From a virus (lineage: Duplodnaviria > Caudoviricetes): DNA of 54,338 nt. The translations under genes were made by a program, and so were the position numbers. The notes under the pieces were generated by a model that ran no database searches, was not told where the DNA came from, and saw only the letters and a program-made list of their open reading frames with translations. The stretch covers positions 1-54,338 of IMG/VR virus record IMGVR_UViG_3300021062_000018; one strand, written 5' to 3'. The stretch's first letter is position 1; every line of letters starts with the position of its first letter. Positions 1 to 10,344 of the stretch are shown here, one piece after another.

Positions 1-1
1 T

Positions 2-127
2 GGTAAGCGGCGGCCGAAAGTCTCGCACACGCACCGGGTGGACTCGGGCTTCCACCACCGCAAGAACCGCGTTTGGACGCAATGAGCAAGGGTGATGGGG
101 CCTTCTGGCTGGCGAGGACGCAGGCGG
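2..127 (+). repeat. Terminal direct repeat, copy 1 (assembly overlap of a circularisable contig)
   Basis: Bases 2-127 are identical to 54213-54338; base 1 (t) differs from base 54212 (g). Confidence 0.95.
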
Positions 128-582
128 CGGAGCTGGTCGGGCTCAGCGCGCGGCAGTTCGACGACGCGATCCGGCCGAAGCTCGGCGCCGACGGGACCCG
201 CGGCACGGCGAAGTCGCTCCGGTTCTTCGCGCCGGCCGTCGTGTCTGCGCTGGTGAGGTACCGGGTCGACCAGGCGAAGCCGCCGGTCCCGCTCTCCGGC
301 GACGACGCCCTGCTCATGGACGGCGGCGGCGACTCGCCGGCGCTCGAGCGGCTCCGGATGGCCAAGGCACAGCTGGCCGAGCGGGACCTCGCGGAGCGGG
401 ACGGGGACCTCGTGCGGCGGGCGGTGATCGTCGACGCCCTCCGCCCCGCCGCCGCCGGGCTCCGGCAGGCCGGCGAGCGGCTGGCCAAGGACTACGGGAA
501 CGACGCCGCCGCGGTCTACAACGACGCGGTCGACGACTTCGCCGCGGCCGTCGAGCGGCTCGCCGCGGGCGGTGCCAAGTGA
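82..582 (+). CDS. Terminase small subunit (Nu1-like)
   Basis: N-terminal winged HTH (TQAAELVGLSARQ) and coiled coil (ERLRMAKAQLAERDLAERDGDLV); lies between cos and the large subunit. Confidence 0.85.
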   Translation: MSKGDGAFWLARTQAAELVGLSARQFDDAIRPKLGADGTRGTAKSLRFFAPAVVSALVRYRVDQAKPPVPLSGDDALLMDGGGDSPALERLRMAKAQLAERDLAERDGDLVRRAVIVDALRPAAAGLRQAGERLAKDYGNDAAAVYNDAVDDFAAAVERLAAGGAK

Positions 583-2552
583 CGGCCGTCGCCGCGCTGG
601 CCCTCGAGCTCCGCGGGATGCTGCGGACGCCGGGCATCCGCTCGCTGAGCGAGTTCGCCGAGGCCGAGATCGTCGTCCCCGACGGGCCGCTCGAGGGGCG
701 GCGGTTCCGGCTCGACCGGCACCCGGCCGCGCGGCTGCTGTTCGCCGAGATCGACTCGGGCCGGTGGCGGCGGGTGTTCTGGACGGGCCCGAACCAGGAC
801 GGCAAGACGTTCCTGCTGTCGATCGTCCTGTGCTGGCTCCTGTTCGAGCGGCGGGAGACGGTCGTCTACGGCGTGCCGACGCTCGACATGTCGGCCGACA
901 AGTGGCGGGTCCTGCTGGCCGTGATCCGCGCCAGCCGGTACCGCGACGAGCTGCCGACGAGCGGCGCCGGCAGCCGCGGCGGCGAGGTGACGGCGATCGA
1001 GTTCCGGTGCGGACCGGTCCTGCGGTTCATGACCGGCGGCGGCGACGACCAGAGTCGGTCGGCGTTCACGAGCCGGAACCTGTGCGTCACCGAGGCCGAC
1101 GGGTTCGACGAGGTCGGCGGGTCGAGCCGCGAGGGCGACAAGTTCACCCAGCTCGTCAAACGGACGCTCGCGTTCGGCCCCGACGCCCGGGTGCTGGCCG
1201 AGTGCACGGTCAGCACCGAGCAGGGCCGGGTCTGGCAGGAGTACCAGCGGGGGTCGGCGAGCCGGATCGCGATGCCGTGCCCGCACTGCGGCGCGTACGT
1301 GACGCCGGAACGGGAGCACCTGCACGGCTGGCAGACGGCCGAGTCGGAGGACGCCGCGGCCGACGCCGCCGCGGTCCACTGCCCCGACTGCGGCGCGGCC
1401 TGGACCGAGGCCGAGCGGATCGCGGCCAACGGCCGCGCCGTCCTCGTGCACCGCGGGCAGGAGGTTGCCCCGGACGGGACCGTCACCGGCCCCCCGCCGC
1501 CGACGAAGACGCTCGGGTTCCGGTGGACGGCGGTCAACGCGGTCCTGCGGCCCGGACGGCTGGCCGACGTCGCCCGGGAGGAGTGGGCGGCTAAGCGGGC
1601 GCCCGACGAGGACCTCGCCGACCGGAACCTCTGCCAGATGCAGTGGGTCCTGCCGGCCAAGCCCGCGAAGGCCGACGTCTCGGGGCTCGACGCGTTCGTG
1701 ATCATCCGCCGGACGCTGGGCGAGAAGTTCGGCCGCGGCGTGTGCCCGCCGGACACGCAGGCCGTGACGGTCGCGGCCGACGTCGGCAAGCGGCTGGTCC
1801 ACTGGGCGGCGATCGCGTGGCGGCCGAACGCGACCCCGCACGTCGTCGACTACGGCCGGTTCGACGTGCCGAGCGACGAGCTCGGGGAGGAGCCGGCGAT
1901 CCTGCTGGCCCTGCGGGACTGGCGGGACGAGCTGACGGGGTGGAAGTGCGGGGACCGGATCCTGCGCCCGACGTTCGCGTTCGTCGACGCCGGCAACTGG
2001 CAGGACACTATCCTGCAGTTCGTCGCCGAGAGCGGCCCGCCGTTCTTCGGGACCAAGGGGTACGGGACCGGCCAGCGCCGCGAGGGCAGCTACCGGCGGG
2101 ACACCGGGTCGACGGTCGTGTGGACGAAGGACGGGTACGGGCTGGTCCGGCTGCAAGACGGCCGGGAGTACGTCGAGGTGTCGGCAGACCGGTGGAAGAC
2201 GTGGCTGCACGCGAGGGTGCGGACGCCGCTGGGGCAGGACGGGGCCCTGACGCTGTTCCACGGGACCGACCCCAACGAGCACGTGAGCTACGCGAAGCAC
2301 CTGACGGCCGAGCGGCAGGTCGAGCAGTTCGACCCGAAGCGCGGGACCGTTACGACCTGGCAGGCGGTCAGCCGCAACAACCACTGGCTCGACGCGACCG
2401 TGCTCGCGTGCGTCGCCGGGCATGAGGCGGGCGTGCGGCTGATCGAGCCGGCCGCGCCGCCAGCGGCGGCCCCGGTGACGGCGGTGCGGGAGCCCGATCG
2501 CGAGCGGCCGGCCAGCTCGAACTGGGCCACCGGCCACCGCGGGAGGTACTGA
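579..2552 (+). CDS. Terminase large subunit, lambda GpA family
   Basis: Walker A GPNQDGKT, CPHC...CPDC Zn motif, nuclease motifs AADVG, FVDAG and NHWLDA; GTGA overlap with the small subunit gene. Confidence 0.93.
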   Translation: MTAVAALALELRGMLRTPGIRSLSEFAEAEIVVPDGPLEGRRFRLDRHPAARLLFAEIDSGRWRRVFWTGPNQDGKTFLLSIVLCWLLFERRETVVYGVPTLDMSADKWRVLLAVIRASRYRDELPTSGAGSRGGEVTAIEFRCGPVLRFMTGGGDDQSRSAFTSRNLCVTEADGFDEVGGSSREGDKFTQLVKRTLAFGPDARVLAECTVSTEQGRVWQEYQRGSASRIAMPCPHCGAYVTPEREHLHGWQTAESEDAAADAAAVHCPDCGAAWTEAERIAANGRAVLVHRGQEVAPDGTVTGPPPPTKTLGFRWTAVNAVLRPGRLADVAREEWAAKRAPDEDLADRNLCQMQWVLPAKPAKADVSGLDAFVIIRRTLGEKFGRGVCPPDTQAVTVAADVGKRLVHWAAIAWRPNATPHVVDYGRFDVPSDELGEEPAILLALRDWRDELTGWKCGDRILRPTFAFVDAGNWQDTILQFVAESGPPFFGTKGYGTGQRREGSYRRDTGSTVVWTKDGYGLVRLQDGREYVEVSADRWKTWLHARVRTPLGQDGALTLFHGTDPNEHVSYAKHLTAERQVEQFDPKRGTVTTWQAVSRNNHWLDATVLACVAGHEAGVRLIEPAAPPAAAPVTAVREPDRERPASSNWATGHRGRY

Positions 2553-2556
2553 GCTC

Positions 2557-2802
2557 ATGGCGATCGACGAAGCCGCACTGACCGCGATCCCCGACCTGAC
2601 CGACGCCGGCCTGCTGAAGGCGACGCGGCTGGCGATCGCCCAGATCACGCTGACGGGCACGGCCCGGAGCATCAACGGCCGGTCCCTGACGACCGCGAAC
2701 CTGCCGGACCTGTGGAAGCAGGTCGCGGAGCTCGAGGGCCGGATCAACGCCGACGCCGGCACCGGCTTCGTGGCCGTCGCAACCTTCAACGACCCCCAGT
2801 AG
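2557..2802 (+). CDS. Head-tail joining protein (gpW-like)
   Basis: 81 aa between terminase and portal; SINGRSLTTANLPDL resembles gpW-family proteins. Confidence 0.7.
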   Translation: MAIDEAALTAIPDLTDAGLLKATRLAIAQITLTGTARSINGRSLTTANLPDLWKQVAELEGRINADAGTGFVAVATFNDPQ

Positions 2803-2810
2803 ACGAACCC

Positions 2811-4406
2811 TTGGCCACCAAACGAAAACCCAAGGCCGCGGCCGGTGCCGCCCACGCGGAGCAGAACGTCCGCAAGCTCCGCGCCGAGGTGGAGGCGGCC
2901 GGCCTTCGGTCGATGCTCGCCGCCTACGGCTCGGGCACGCGGGCGACGTACCGCGGCGCCGCCCGCACCCGGCTCGACACCGCCTGGTCGCCGCTGCCCG
3001 GCGTCGGCGTCCGCCAGGCGAACCGCAGCCTACGGGAGTCGTTCCGGAGCCTGCGGGCGCGGGCCCGGCAGCTCGAGCAGGACAACGTCTTGGCCGGCGG
3101 CGTCCTCGACCGGGCGGTGGAGAACGTGATCGGCGGCGGCTTCCGGATCGTCCCGATGTCGTCGTCGCCGGCGTTTAACGCCGCCGCGGCCAAGGCCTGG
3201 GCGACCTGGACGCGGGGCACGCGGGCGGACGTGCGGCACATGCACACGTTCGCCGCGCTGCAGCAGCTGGCGTACCGGGGGAAGCTCCGGGACGGCGACG
3301 GCGGCGTGCTGCTGACCGAGGAGCTCGACCTGCAGGGCCGGTCGCACCCGCGGCTGCAGATCATCGAGGGCGAGCACATCGACAACCCGGCCGGCGGGGT
3401 CAGGGGCGAGGACGGGACCCCGCTCGAGGTGATCGACGGCGTCGAGCTCGGGCCGAACGACGAGGCGGTCGCGTTCCACCTGCTGCCGCGGGACGGGGTC
3501 GGCGGCAAGACGGCCCGGGTCCGGGCGCGCGACTTCGTGTACCTCTGCCGCCCCGGCCTCTACAGCAGCGTGCGGGGGGAGTCAGTCTTCAACGGCGGCT
3601 GGACGCTGTTCGACCAGATCGTCGGGTACCTCGAGGCGGTCGTCGTCGCGTCGCGGGTCGGGGCGTGTCAGGCGGGGATCATCAAGACGAAGAGCCCGGC
3701 CCGGACGCTGAACGGGCTGGCGAACACGCCCGGGAGCCCGGCCGCCGGCGAGGCCCGCAAGTCGTTCAACGTCGAGCCCGGGTCGATCAACTTCCTCGAG
3801 CACGACGACGAGTTCGTCGCCTACAACCCCGCCCAGCCGCAGCAGCAGATGGAGTCGGCGATCAACACGTTCTGCCGGTTCATCGGCCTGCGGCTCGGGC
3901 TGACGATCGAGCAGGTGCTGCTGGACTTCAGCAGGACGAGCTACAGCAGCGCCCGGGCGGCGCGGCTGCAGGCCCAGGCGACGGCCGAGCAGGAGCAGGG
4001 CGCGTTCGCGGCCACGTTCTTCGCCCGGGTGTACCCGTGGGCGGTGGCCAAGTGGGTCAAGGCCGGGCTGATCGACGTGCCCGCGCCCGAGGACGGCAGC
4101 GCCGGCGACTTCGAGTGGATCCCGCCGTCGCGGCCGTGGATCGACCCGACGAAGGAGATCGCCGCGGCGAAGGAGGCGATCGGGCTGAACCTCGACGCCC
4201 GGAGCTTCATCGCCGCCGAGCGCGGGTACACATTCGAACAGCTCGTGGCCGCGAACAAGGCCGACAACGAGAAGCTCGCGGCGGCCGGCCTGGTCCCCCC
4301 GCCCGCGCCGCCCGCGGTCACCGTCAACGAGGCCGGGCAGCTCACGGTCGGCGGCCCCGCCGCGCCGGCGCCCGCCCCGCAGCCGCAGGACGCAGCCAAT
4401 GGGTAA
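2811..4406 (+). CDS. Portal protein, lambda family
   Basis: Motifs LRARARQL, IDGVE, RGES, DFSRTSYSSARA and WIDPTKE; TTG start at 2811 is inferred. Confidence 0.92.
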   Translation: MATKRKPKAAAGAAHAEQNVRKLRAEVEAAGLRSMLAAYGSGTRATYRGAARTRLDTAWSPLPGVGVRQANRSLRESFRSLRARARQLEQDNVLAGGVLDRAVENVIGGGFRIVPMSSSPAFNAAAAKAWATWTRGTRADVRHMHTFAALQQLAYRGKLRDGDGGVLLTEELDLQGRSHPRLQIIEGEHIDNPAGGVRGEDGTPLEVIDGVELGPNDEAVAFHLLPRDGVGGKTARVRARDFVYLCRPGLYSSVRGESVFNGGWTLFDQIVGYLEAVVVASRVGACQAGIIKTKSPARTLNGLANTPGSPAAGEARKSFNVEPGSINFLEHDDEFVAYNPAQPQQQMESAINTFCRFIGLRLGLTIEQVLLDFSRTSYSSARAARLQAQATAEQEQGAFAATFFARVYPWAVAKWVKAGLIDVPAPEDGSAGDFEWIPPSRPWIDPTKEIAAAKEAIGLNLDARSFIAAERGYTFEQLVAANKADNEKLAAAGLVPPPAPPAVTVNEAGQLTVGGPAAPAPAPQPQDAANG

Positions 4407-5292
4407 CCAGCAGCACCGCAGACACGCCATCACCGGCTGCCGCGTCGGCTCCCTGCTCGGCCAGTGGGCGATCGAGCCGCAGCGGTTCCGCCGCATGTAC
4501 GACGTCGCGGTCCGCACCGACCTGCTCGCGCTGGCCGAGCGGCGGAAGGCAATGGCCGACGCCGAGGGCGAGGCGAAGGAGGACGAGCTGCCGTACGAGA
4601 TGATCGGCGACGGCATCGCCCGGATCCCCGTCCACGGCCCGCTCACGAAGTTCCCGACGAGCTTCGACTCGATGTTCGGCGGCAGCTCGACCGTCCGGAT
4701 CCGCAACGCGGTCCGCCGCGCCGCGACCGACAACAACGTGCTCGCCCTTCTGCTCGACGTAGACAGCCCCGGCGGCACGGTCAACGGCACCCCGGAGCTG
4801 GCCGACGACGTGCGGGCGTTCCGGGACGTCAAGCCGGTCGTCGCCTACGTCTCGGACCTGTGCTGCTCGGCCGCGTACTGGATCGCCTCGCAGGCCGACC
4901 AGATCCACGTGAGCCCGGTCAGCTTCACCGGCAACATCGGCTGCTACTCGGTTCTCGAGGATTCGACCGGGGCGCAGGAGAAGTACGGCTACAAGCTCAC
5001 CACCGTCGCGTCGGCCGAGTTCAAGGGGCTTGGCGCCGACGGGAAGGTCACCGAGGCCCTGATCGCCGAAACGCAGCGCGAGGTGACGGGCATCCACGAG
5101 CTGTTCGTCGACGCGGTCGCCGCCGGCCGCCTGATGGACCGCGACGCGGCCGCCGCCCTCGCCGACGGGCGGGCCCACCTCGGGGCCGCCGCGGTCGCCG
5201 TCGGGCTCGCGGACAAGGTCTGCACGATCGACGACACAATCCAGCACCTGATCGACCACCTGTACGCGCCGGCCGACGCCGCCGCCGACTGA
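4399..5292 (+). CDS. Prohead protease, S49 (SppA/gpC-like)
   Basis: Motifs DVDSPGG, CCSAAYWIAS and GNIG. Confidence 0.92.
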   Translation: MGNQQHRRHAITGCRVGSLLGQWAIEPQRFRRMYDVAVRTDLLALAERRKAMADAEGEAKEDELPYEMIGDGIARIPVHGPLTKFPTSFDSMFGGSSTVRIRNAVRRAATDNNVLALLLDVDSPGGTVNGTPELADDVRAFRDVKPVVAYVSDLCCSAAYWIASQADQIHVSPVSFTGNIGCYSVLEDSTGAQEKYGYKLTTVASAEFKGLGADGKVTEALIAETQREVTGIHELFVDAVAAGRLMDRDAAAALADGRAHLGAAAVAVGLADKVCTIDDTIQHLIDHLYAPADAAAD

Positions 5293-5319
5293 CTCTCACA
5301 ACCACAAAGGAGCAGCCAC

Positions 5320-6000
5320 ATGGCTACCCCCACCCGCCGCGCCATCGGCGCGGACCCGGCCGGCGCGCAGGCGACGGCGACCAGCAAGCCCAAGGCCGAG
5401 GACGTCGTCGTCGACCCGGCGGCGGAGCCGGCCCCGGCCCCGGCGACCGAGCCGGCGAAGGACGAGATCGTCCCGGTCGACACGGAGAGTGCCGACTACA
5501 AGGCCGGCTACCAGAACGCCCTCGACGGGGTCGACTGCGAGAGCAACGACTACCGCCAGGGGTACGCGGCCGGCCTCGGGGCCAAGGGCGAGGCCCCGGC
5601 GGACGCACCCGCCGAGCCGGCCCCTGCCGCAGCCCGGGCCGCTGGCAAGCCCGCGACCGTGCAGGAGCTGAAGGCCTTGGCCCCGGACGACGACGCGTTC
5701 GTCGTCGCCCAACTCCAGTCCGGCGCCACGCTCGCCGCTGCGCAGTCCGCCCGGCTCCGGGCGCTCGACGCGCGGCTCAAGGCGGAGACCGCCGCCCGGC
5801 TGAAGGCGGAGAGGGACCTGGCGGCCGAGCAGAAGAGCCCCCCGCCGCTGCGGACCGCCAAGGGCACCACGCCTGCGGCGGCCGCCGCCGCGGACCCAGA
5901 CGCCGAGGCGAAGGCCGACTGGGCGGCGAACGTCGACAACTGCCAGGCCGACTTCGTCAGCGAGCAGGTGTACGTCGGCTACCGCCGGCGTCAGCGCTGA
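5320..6000 (+). CDS. Putative scaffolding protein
   Basis: Ala/Pro-rich with coiled coil; strong AAGGAG RBS; lies between protease and capsid genes. Confidence 0.6.
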   Translation: MATPTRRAIGADPAGAQATATSKPKAEDVVVDPAAEPAPAPATEPAKDEIVPVDTESADYKAGYQNALDGVDCESNDYRQGYAAGLGAKGEAPADAPAEPAPAAARAAGKPATVQELKALAPDDDAFVVAQLQSGATLAAAQSARLRALDARLKAETAARLKAERDLAAEQKSPPPLRTAKGTTPAAAAAADPDAEAKADWAANVDNCQADFVSEQVYVGYRRRQR

Positions 6001-6119
6001 GCCCGCCCCCCACCGAACCAACCAACCGGACGGACCGGGCTCGCCCCGCGACCCGCCCGACGTGACCCCTGAACCGAGACCCCATGCGGGCCACCCGCCC
6101 GCCCAAGGAGTGAAACCCC

Positions 6120-6581
6120 ATGGCTCAGCTCACCGCTGACAAGAGCCGGAAGTACAAGTTGCACCCGGACATCCGGGGCGAGCTGCCCGTCGCGGCGTCG
6201 TCCACGATCTACATGAACTCGGCCGTCGGACGCAGCAGCGGGTACGCCCGCCAGCTCGTGGCCGGCGACGCCTTCGCCGGCTTCGCGGTCGGCAAGGCGG
6301 TCAACGTCGCCGACGCGAACCGCCCCGGCTACGCGATCGGCGGCGTCCTGCTGGGCGCGGCCGGGGCGCTCACGGTCGAGCTCCGCCAGGACGGCATCGT
6401 CGAGGTGCCGACGATCGCCGGCGCCTCGGCCGTGACCGACGTCGGGACGGCCGTCTACATGAGCGACGGCGACACGTTCACGCTCACGTCGACGAGCAAC
6501 ACCCGGGTCGGCACGATCGCCTGGTACCTCAACGGCCTGTTCGGCGTCCGGTTCCAGGCCGACACCGCCAAGGTCGCCTAA
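6120..6581 (+). CDS. Head decoration/cement protein
   Basis: Motifs FAGFA and TDVGTAVYMSDGDTFTLT; directly before the major capsid gene. Confidence 0.7.
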   Translation: MAQLTADKSRKYKLHPDIRGELPVAASSTIYMNSAVGRSSGYARQLVAGDAFAGFAVGKAVNVADANRPGYAIGGVLLGAAGALTVELRQDGIVEVPTIAGASAVTDVGTAVYMSDGDTFTLTSTSNTRVGTIAWYLNGLFGVRFQADTAKVA

Positions 6582-6683
6582 CCCCCGCCGTCTCCCCGCG
6601 CGGGACGGCCGCGTCAGAGTCCTTCACTTTCCACTCACGAACGATGCGCCCGGGCCCGCCGCCCGCGCGAGGAGACCCCTCAA

Positions 6684-7640
6684 ATGCAGACCGCACAGTA
6701 CGGATTGCTCGACAGCCGGAACCTCATCGGGATCTGGGACCAGATGTACGAGCCGGCGCTCAACGGCGTCTGGGCCACCCAGATCGGGTCGATGGTCGAC
6801 TCGAACATGGACACCGAGAGTTACGGCTGGCTCGGGGCGGCCCCCGGCCTCGAGGTGATGACGGCCGACAACCCCACGGAGGAGCAGTTCAAGCAGTACG
6901 CGTACTACCTGAAGAACGTCGAGTACGCGAAGGCGCTGAAGATCGCGGAGAAGGACCTCCGCCGGGACAAGCTCGGGCAGATCAACCTCCGGATCGGCGA
7001 GATGACCGAGAAGGCGGCCGAGCACTGGAACCAGCTGGCCGCCGCCGCGATCGTCGCCAACCCGACTGGGTACGACGGCGTGTCGCTGTACTCGACCGCC
7101 CACCCGGAGAGCGGCACGAACCAGAGCAACGACGTGGCGGCCGGCGCGATCCCCGCGTTGGACGTCGTGTCGGCGACGGCCCCGACGCCGGTCGAGGCGG
7201 CCGCGGCGCTGAACGCCGTCATCGGGCAGTTCTACACGCTGACGGACGACAAGGGCGATCCGATCAACGGGCAGGCGAAGGACTTCACGGTCTTGGCCGG
7301 CACGCCCGCGATCTGGTCAGCCCTCCAGTACGCGGCGACCGCGACGACGTTCGCCGGCGGGCAGACGAACCAGCTCGTGGGGCTGCAGGCGAACGGGATG
7401 AAGATCAACGTCCTGCTCGTCCCGCGGCTGAGTAGCCTGACGACGTCGTTCCTCGTGTTCCGGAACGACAGCCGGGTCAAGGCGCTGTTCCTGCAGAACG
7501 AGGTCGACGTGTCGCCGGCCGTCTCGGACAAGACGAACGACGAGTACATCAAGTTCCGCCGGTTCCTGTTCAGCATCTACGCCAGCCGGGCCGTCGGCGT
7601 CGCCCGGTGGCAGAGCACGATCCGCGCGACGTTCTCGTAA
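6684..7640 (+). CDS. Major capsid protein, Mu gpT-like
   Basis: Motifs ESYGWLG, DLRRDKLGQI, GYDGVSLYSTAH and DDKGDPIN are typical of the Mu-like gpT family. Confidence 0.85.
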   Translation: MQTAQYGLLDSRNLIGIWDQMYEPALNGVWATQIGSMVDSNMDTESYGWLGAAPGLEVMTADNPTEEQFKQYAYYLKNVEYAKALKIAEKDLRRDKLGQINLRIGEMTEKAAEHWNQLAAAAIVANPTGYDGVSLYSTAHPESGTNQSNDVAAGAIPALDVVSATAPTPVEAAAALNAVIGQFYTLTDDKGDPINGQAKDFTVLAGTPAIWSALQYAATATTFAGGQTNQLVGLQANGMKINVLLVPRLSSLTTSFLVFRNDSRVKALFLQNEVDVSPAVSDKTNDEYIKFRRFLFSIYASRAVGVARWQSTIRATFS

Positions 7641-7746
7641 GCCGACCTGCCGGCCCCGCCGGCCGTCCCCAGCGAACCGGCCCCCGGCGACGGACACGCC
7701 GCCGGGGCCCCTGCCTCCCCTCCCCCTCCCCTACCGGAGCACCGCC

Positions 7747-8313
7747 ATGAGCAAGAAGGACGACGTCACGCACAAGCCCAACCCGATCACCGCCAAGGGC
7801 CTGCCGCAGGCCGCGGCGACGGCCCGGGCGAAGGCCGAGGAGCCGGCCACCGCGCCGGCCGCCGCCCTGACCCCTGCGGCGACGCAGCCGACGGACCAGC
7901 CCCCTCACCATGACCCGGCACCGGACCCCCGATCGAACCCGGGCAACCTCCCGCACGTGCAGCCGCCCGCCCCGGCCACGCCGGCCCCCGCGGCGACGCC
8001 GGCCGATCAGCCCCCGGCCGCCCCGTCGCCCGCGGCCGAGGCTCTGCCCGAGCCGGAGGACCCGCGGTCGGCCGCCGAGCTGCGGGCCGAGTACGACAAG
8101 CTCGCCGCTAAGGTGAAGGAGAAGGACCTGGCCAACCGCCGGGCGGAGGCCCGGATCGCCGCCGAGCTCAAGGAGCGGGTGGCGAAGGAGGTCGGGAGCC
8201 TGGCCGAGCTGAAGGAGCGGAAGCGGCAGGCGTTCGTCGCCTGGCAGGCGAAGGAGGAGAAGGAGAAGGCGGAGGCCCGGGCACGGGACCTAGCGGCCGT
8301 CGCCCCCAAGTAG
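7747..8313 (+). CDS. Hypothetical Pro/Ala-rich coiled-coil protein
   Basis: GGAG RBS and strong GC3 bias. Confidence 0.65.
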   Translation: MSKKDDVTHKPNPITAKGLPQAAATARAKAEEPATAPAAALTPAATQPTDQPPHHDPAPDPRSNPGNLPHVQPPAPATPAPAATPADQPPAAPSPAAEALPEPEDPRSAAELRAEYDKLAAKVKEKDLANRRAEARIAAELKERVAKEVGSLAELKERKRQAFVAWQAKEEKEKAEARARDLAAVAPK

Positions 8314-8395
8314 GGGCGGCGCGGTGGCGGAAGACGGTCCGTGGCGTCGCTGGGTCGCTCGGCGGGCCCGGCGCCGGGGTGCGGTGGGTCACGCG

Positions 8396-8746
8396 ATGAG
8401 CTTCCTCGACGACGTCATCGCCTTCGACGCCGAGCACGCGTTCGCGGACACCTTCGGGGAGCCCGTCACGTACACCAAGCGGTCGGGCGCCTCCCGGGTG
8501 ATTACGGCGATCGTCACGCGGTACCCGCCGGCACCGGCCGGTGCCGACTACCGGCAGCCGGCGATGGACGTGTCCGTCGTGAACAGCGCGACGACCGGCA
8601 TCAGCGCGGCCGAGGTCGACTTCGGCGGCGACACGATCGCCGTCGCGCTCAAACCCGGCGGCGCCGCCCGCGCGTACAAGATCCACCAGCCGGCCGACGG
8701 TCAGCCGCACGTCGACGCCGGCATGCTTCGCCTGGAGCTCCATTAA
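8396..8746 (+). CDS. Head-tail adaptor/closure protein (gpFII-like)
   Basis: Motif FGEPVTY; size and position fit; TAATG coupling to the next gene. Confidence 0.65.
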   Translation: MSFLDDVIAFDAEHAFADTFGEPVTYTKRSGASRVITAIVTRYPPAPAGADYRQPAMDVSVVNSATTGISAAEVDFGGDTIAVALKPGGAARAYKIHQPADGQPHVDAGMLRLELH

Positions 8747-9669
8747 TGCCCGCTAGCAAGTACTGGATCGGCGGCACCGCCGGCAACACGGGCAACTGGT
8801 CGACCGCGGCCAACTGGTCGGACGGCGCCGTGCCGGTCACCGGCGACACGGTCGTCATCGACGGCCGCAGCACGTACGCGATCACGGCCGGGCTGTCGCA
8901 GTCGGCGGTCACGCTGGCCAAGCTGACGATCGTCCTCGGGTCGCCGGCCGTCGGGACGACGTCGGCCCCGCTGGCGATCAGCGCGACGATCCTCGACGTG
9001 AACGTCCCGCCGACCGACGGGAGCCAGCCGGGCGGGGCCGCGACGATCAACATCGACACGGGGAGCAACGCCGCGACCGTCACCGTCTACGGGTCGCGGT
9101 CGAGCGGCGACACGGGGCTCGAGCCGGTCATCTGGAAGGGCGCCCACGCGTCGAACGTCCTGTACGTCCGGGGCGGCAAGGTCGGCGTGGCCACGTGCCT
9201 GCCGGGCGACACGGCGACGCTTCCGACGGCCCAGCTCCTCGGCGACGACGCGGCCCTCCGCCTGTCGTCCGGCGTGACGGCGACGACGGTCACCCAGACC
9301 GGCGGGACGCTCCTGCTCGAGTGCGCGGCGACGACGGTCAACCAGGACGGCGGGACGCTCGAGACGCGGGGCACGGGGGCGATCACGACCCTGTACGCGA
9401 ATGGGACCGCCCGGCTGAACAGCACGGGCACGGTCACGAACCTCTACGTCGAGCCGGCCGGCGAGGTCGACTTCACCGGGAACACGGCGGCCCGGACCGT
9501 GACGAACGCGACCGTGACGGGCGGCGGGCGGGTGAACGCGGCGCTGCCGGTGGTGTCCGGGTCCGGCCACCCGATCGCGTTCACGAACGGCGTCGACTGC
9601 ATCCGCGGCGCGAGGTCCGGGCAGGTCGACTTCGGCGGCGACATCACGGTCACCCCCTCGGCGGTCTGA
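8746..9669 (+). CDS. Virion-associated beta-rich (Gly/Thr) protein
   Basis: N-terminal WIGG...NWSTAANWS..VP motif; translationally coupled on both sides. Confidence 0.65.
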   Translation: MPASKYWIGGTAGNTGNWSTAANWSDGAVPVTGDTVVIDGRSTYAITAGLSQSAVTLAKLTIVLGSPAVGTTSAPLAISATILDVNVPPTDGSQPGGAATINIDTGSNAATVTVYGSRSSGDTGLEPVIWKGAHASNVLYVRGGKVGVATCLPGDTATLPTAQLLGDDAALRLSSGVTATTVTQTGGTLLLECAATTVNQDGGTLETRGTGAITTLYANGTARLNSTGTVTNLYVEPAGEVDFTGNTAARTVTNATVTGGGRVNAALPVVSGSGHPIAFTNGVDCIRGARSGQVDFGGDITVTPSAV

Positions 9670-10343
9670 TGGCCACCCCCGGCGTCCTGAGCCTCACCGT
9701 GTCCGACGCGCAGGTCGCGGCGCTCGTCGCCGACCTGGGCGAGATCCCCAAGGGCGTGCCGAAGGCGATCGTCGGCGCGATCAACAAGACGCTGGCGACG
9801 GGCCGCAGCCTGGTTGTGAAGCGCCTGACGAAGGAGCTCGCGCTCAAGCAGAAGGTCATCCGCGACACGATCGGCATCCGGAAGGCGACGTACGACACCA
9901 AGCGGGGCGTGATCACGATCAGCCGCAAGGGCATCTCGCTGATGCAGTTCTCGCCGATCCCGGCGGTGCCCGCGTACGAGCACAAGGTCGCGCTGATCCG
10001 CAAGCTCGTCCAGAAGGGCCAGGGGATCGAGAAGCTCAGGCTGCCGGCCGGCGTGAGCGTGCGGGTCCGGCCCGGCAAGCCCCGGGAGATCCTCAAGGGC
10101 ACGTACGTCGCCAAGATGCGGTCCGGGCACGTTGGCGTGTACGAGCGCCGGCGGACGGGCGGGAAGCGGGCCCCGCGGCTCCCGATCCAGGAGCGGTTCG
10201 GGCCGACCCCCGAGGGCGTGTTCTCGCACGCGCCCGGCGTGGCGGCCGACGTCATGTCGCAGCTCGGGGCCACCCTGCAGAAGAACCTCGACTCGCAGGT
10301 CGACCGCCTGCTGGACCGGAAGAAGGCCGACCGCCCCGAGTGA
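9669..10343 (+). CDS. Minor tail/neck protein (gpZ-like)
   Basis: Basic protein with AINKT, MRSGHVGVYER and RLPIQERFGP. Confidence 0.75.
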   Translation: MATPGVLSLTVSDAQVAALVADLGEIPKGVPKAIVGAINKTLATGRSLVVKRLTKELALKQKVIRDTIGIRKATYDTKRGVITISRKGISLMQFSPIPAVPAYEHKVALIRKLVQKGQGIEKLRLPAGVSVRVRPGKPREILKGTYVAKMRSGHVGVYERRRTGGKRAPRLPIQERFGPTPEGVFSHAPGVAADVMSQLGATLQKNLDSQVDRLLDRKKADRPE

Positions 10344-10344
10344 C

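Noticed and set aside
516-2855. Long antisense and alternative-frame ORFs (for example 779 aa at 516-2855, 766 aa at 33501-35801, 667 aa at 37269-39272)
   Set aside because: Arg/Pro/Gly-rich shadows of real genes, caused by high GC3 and scarce stop codons.
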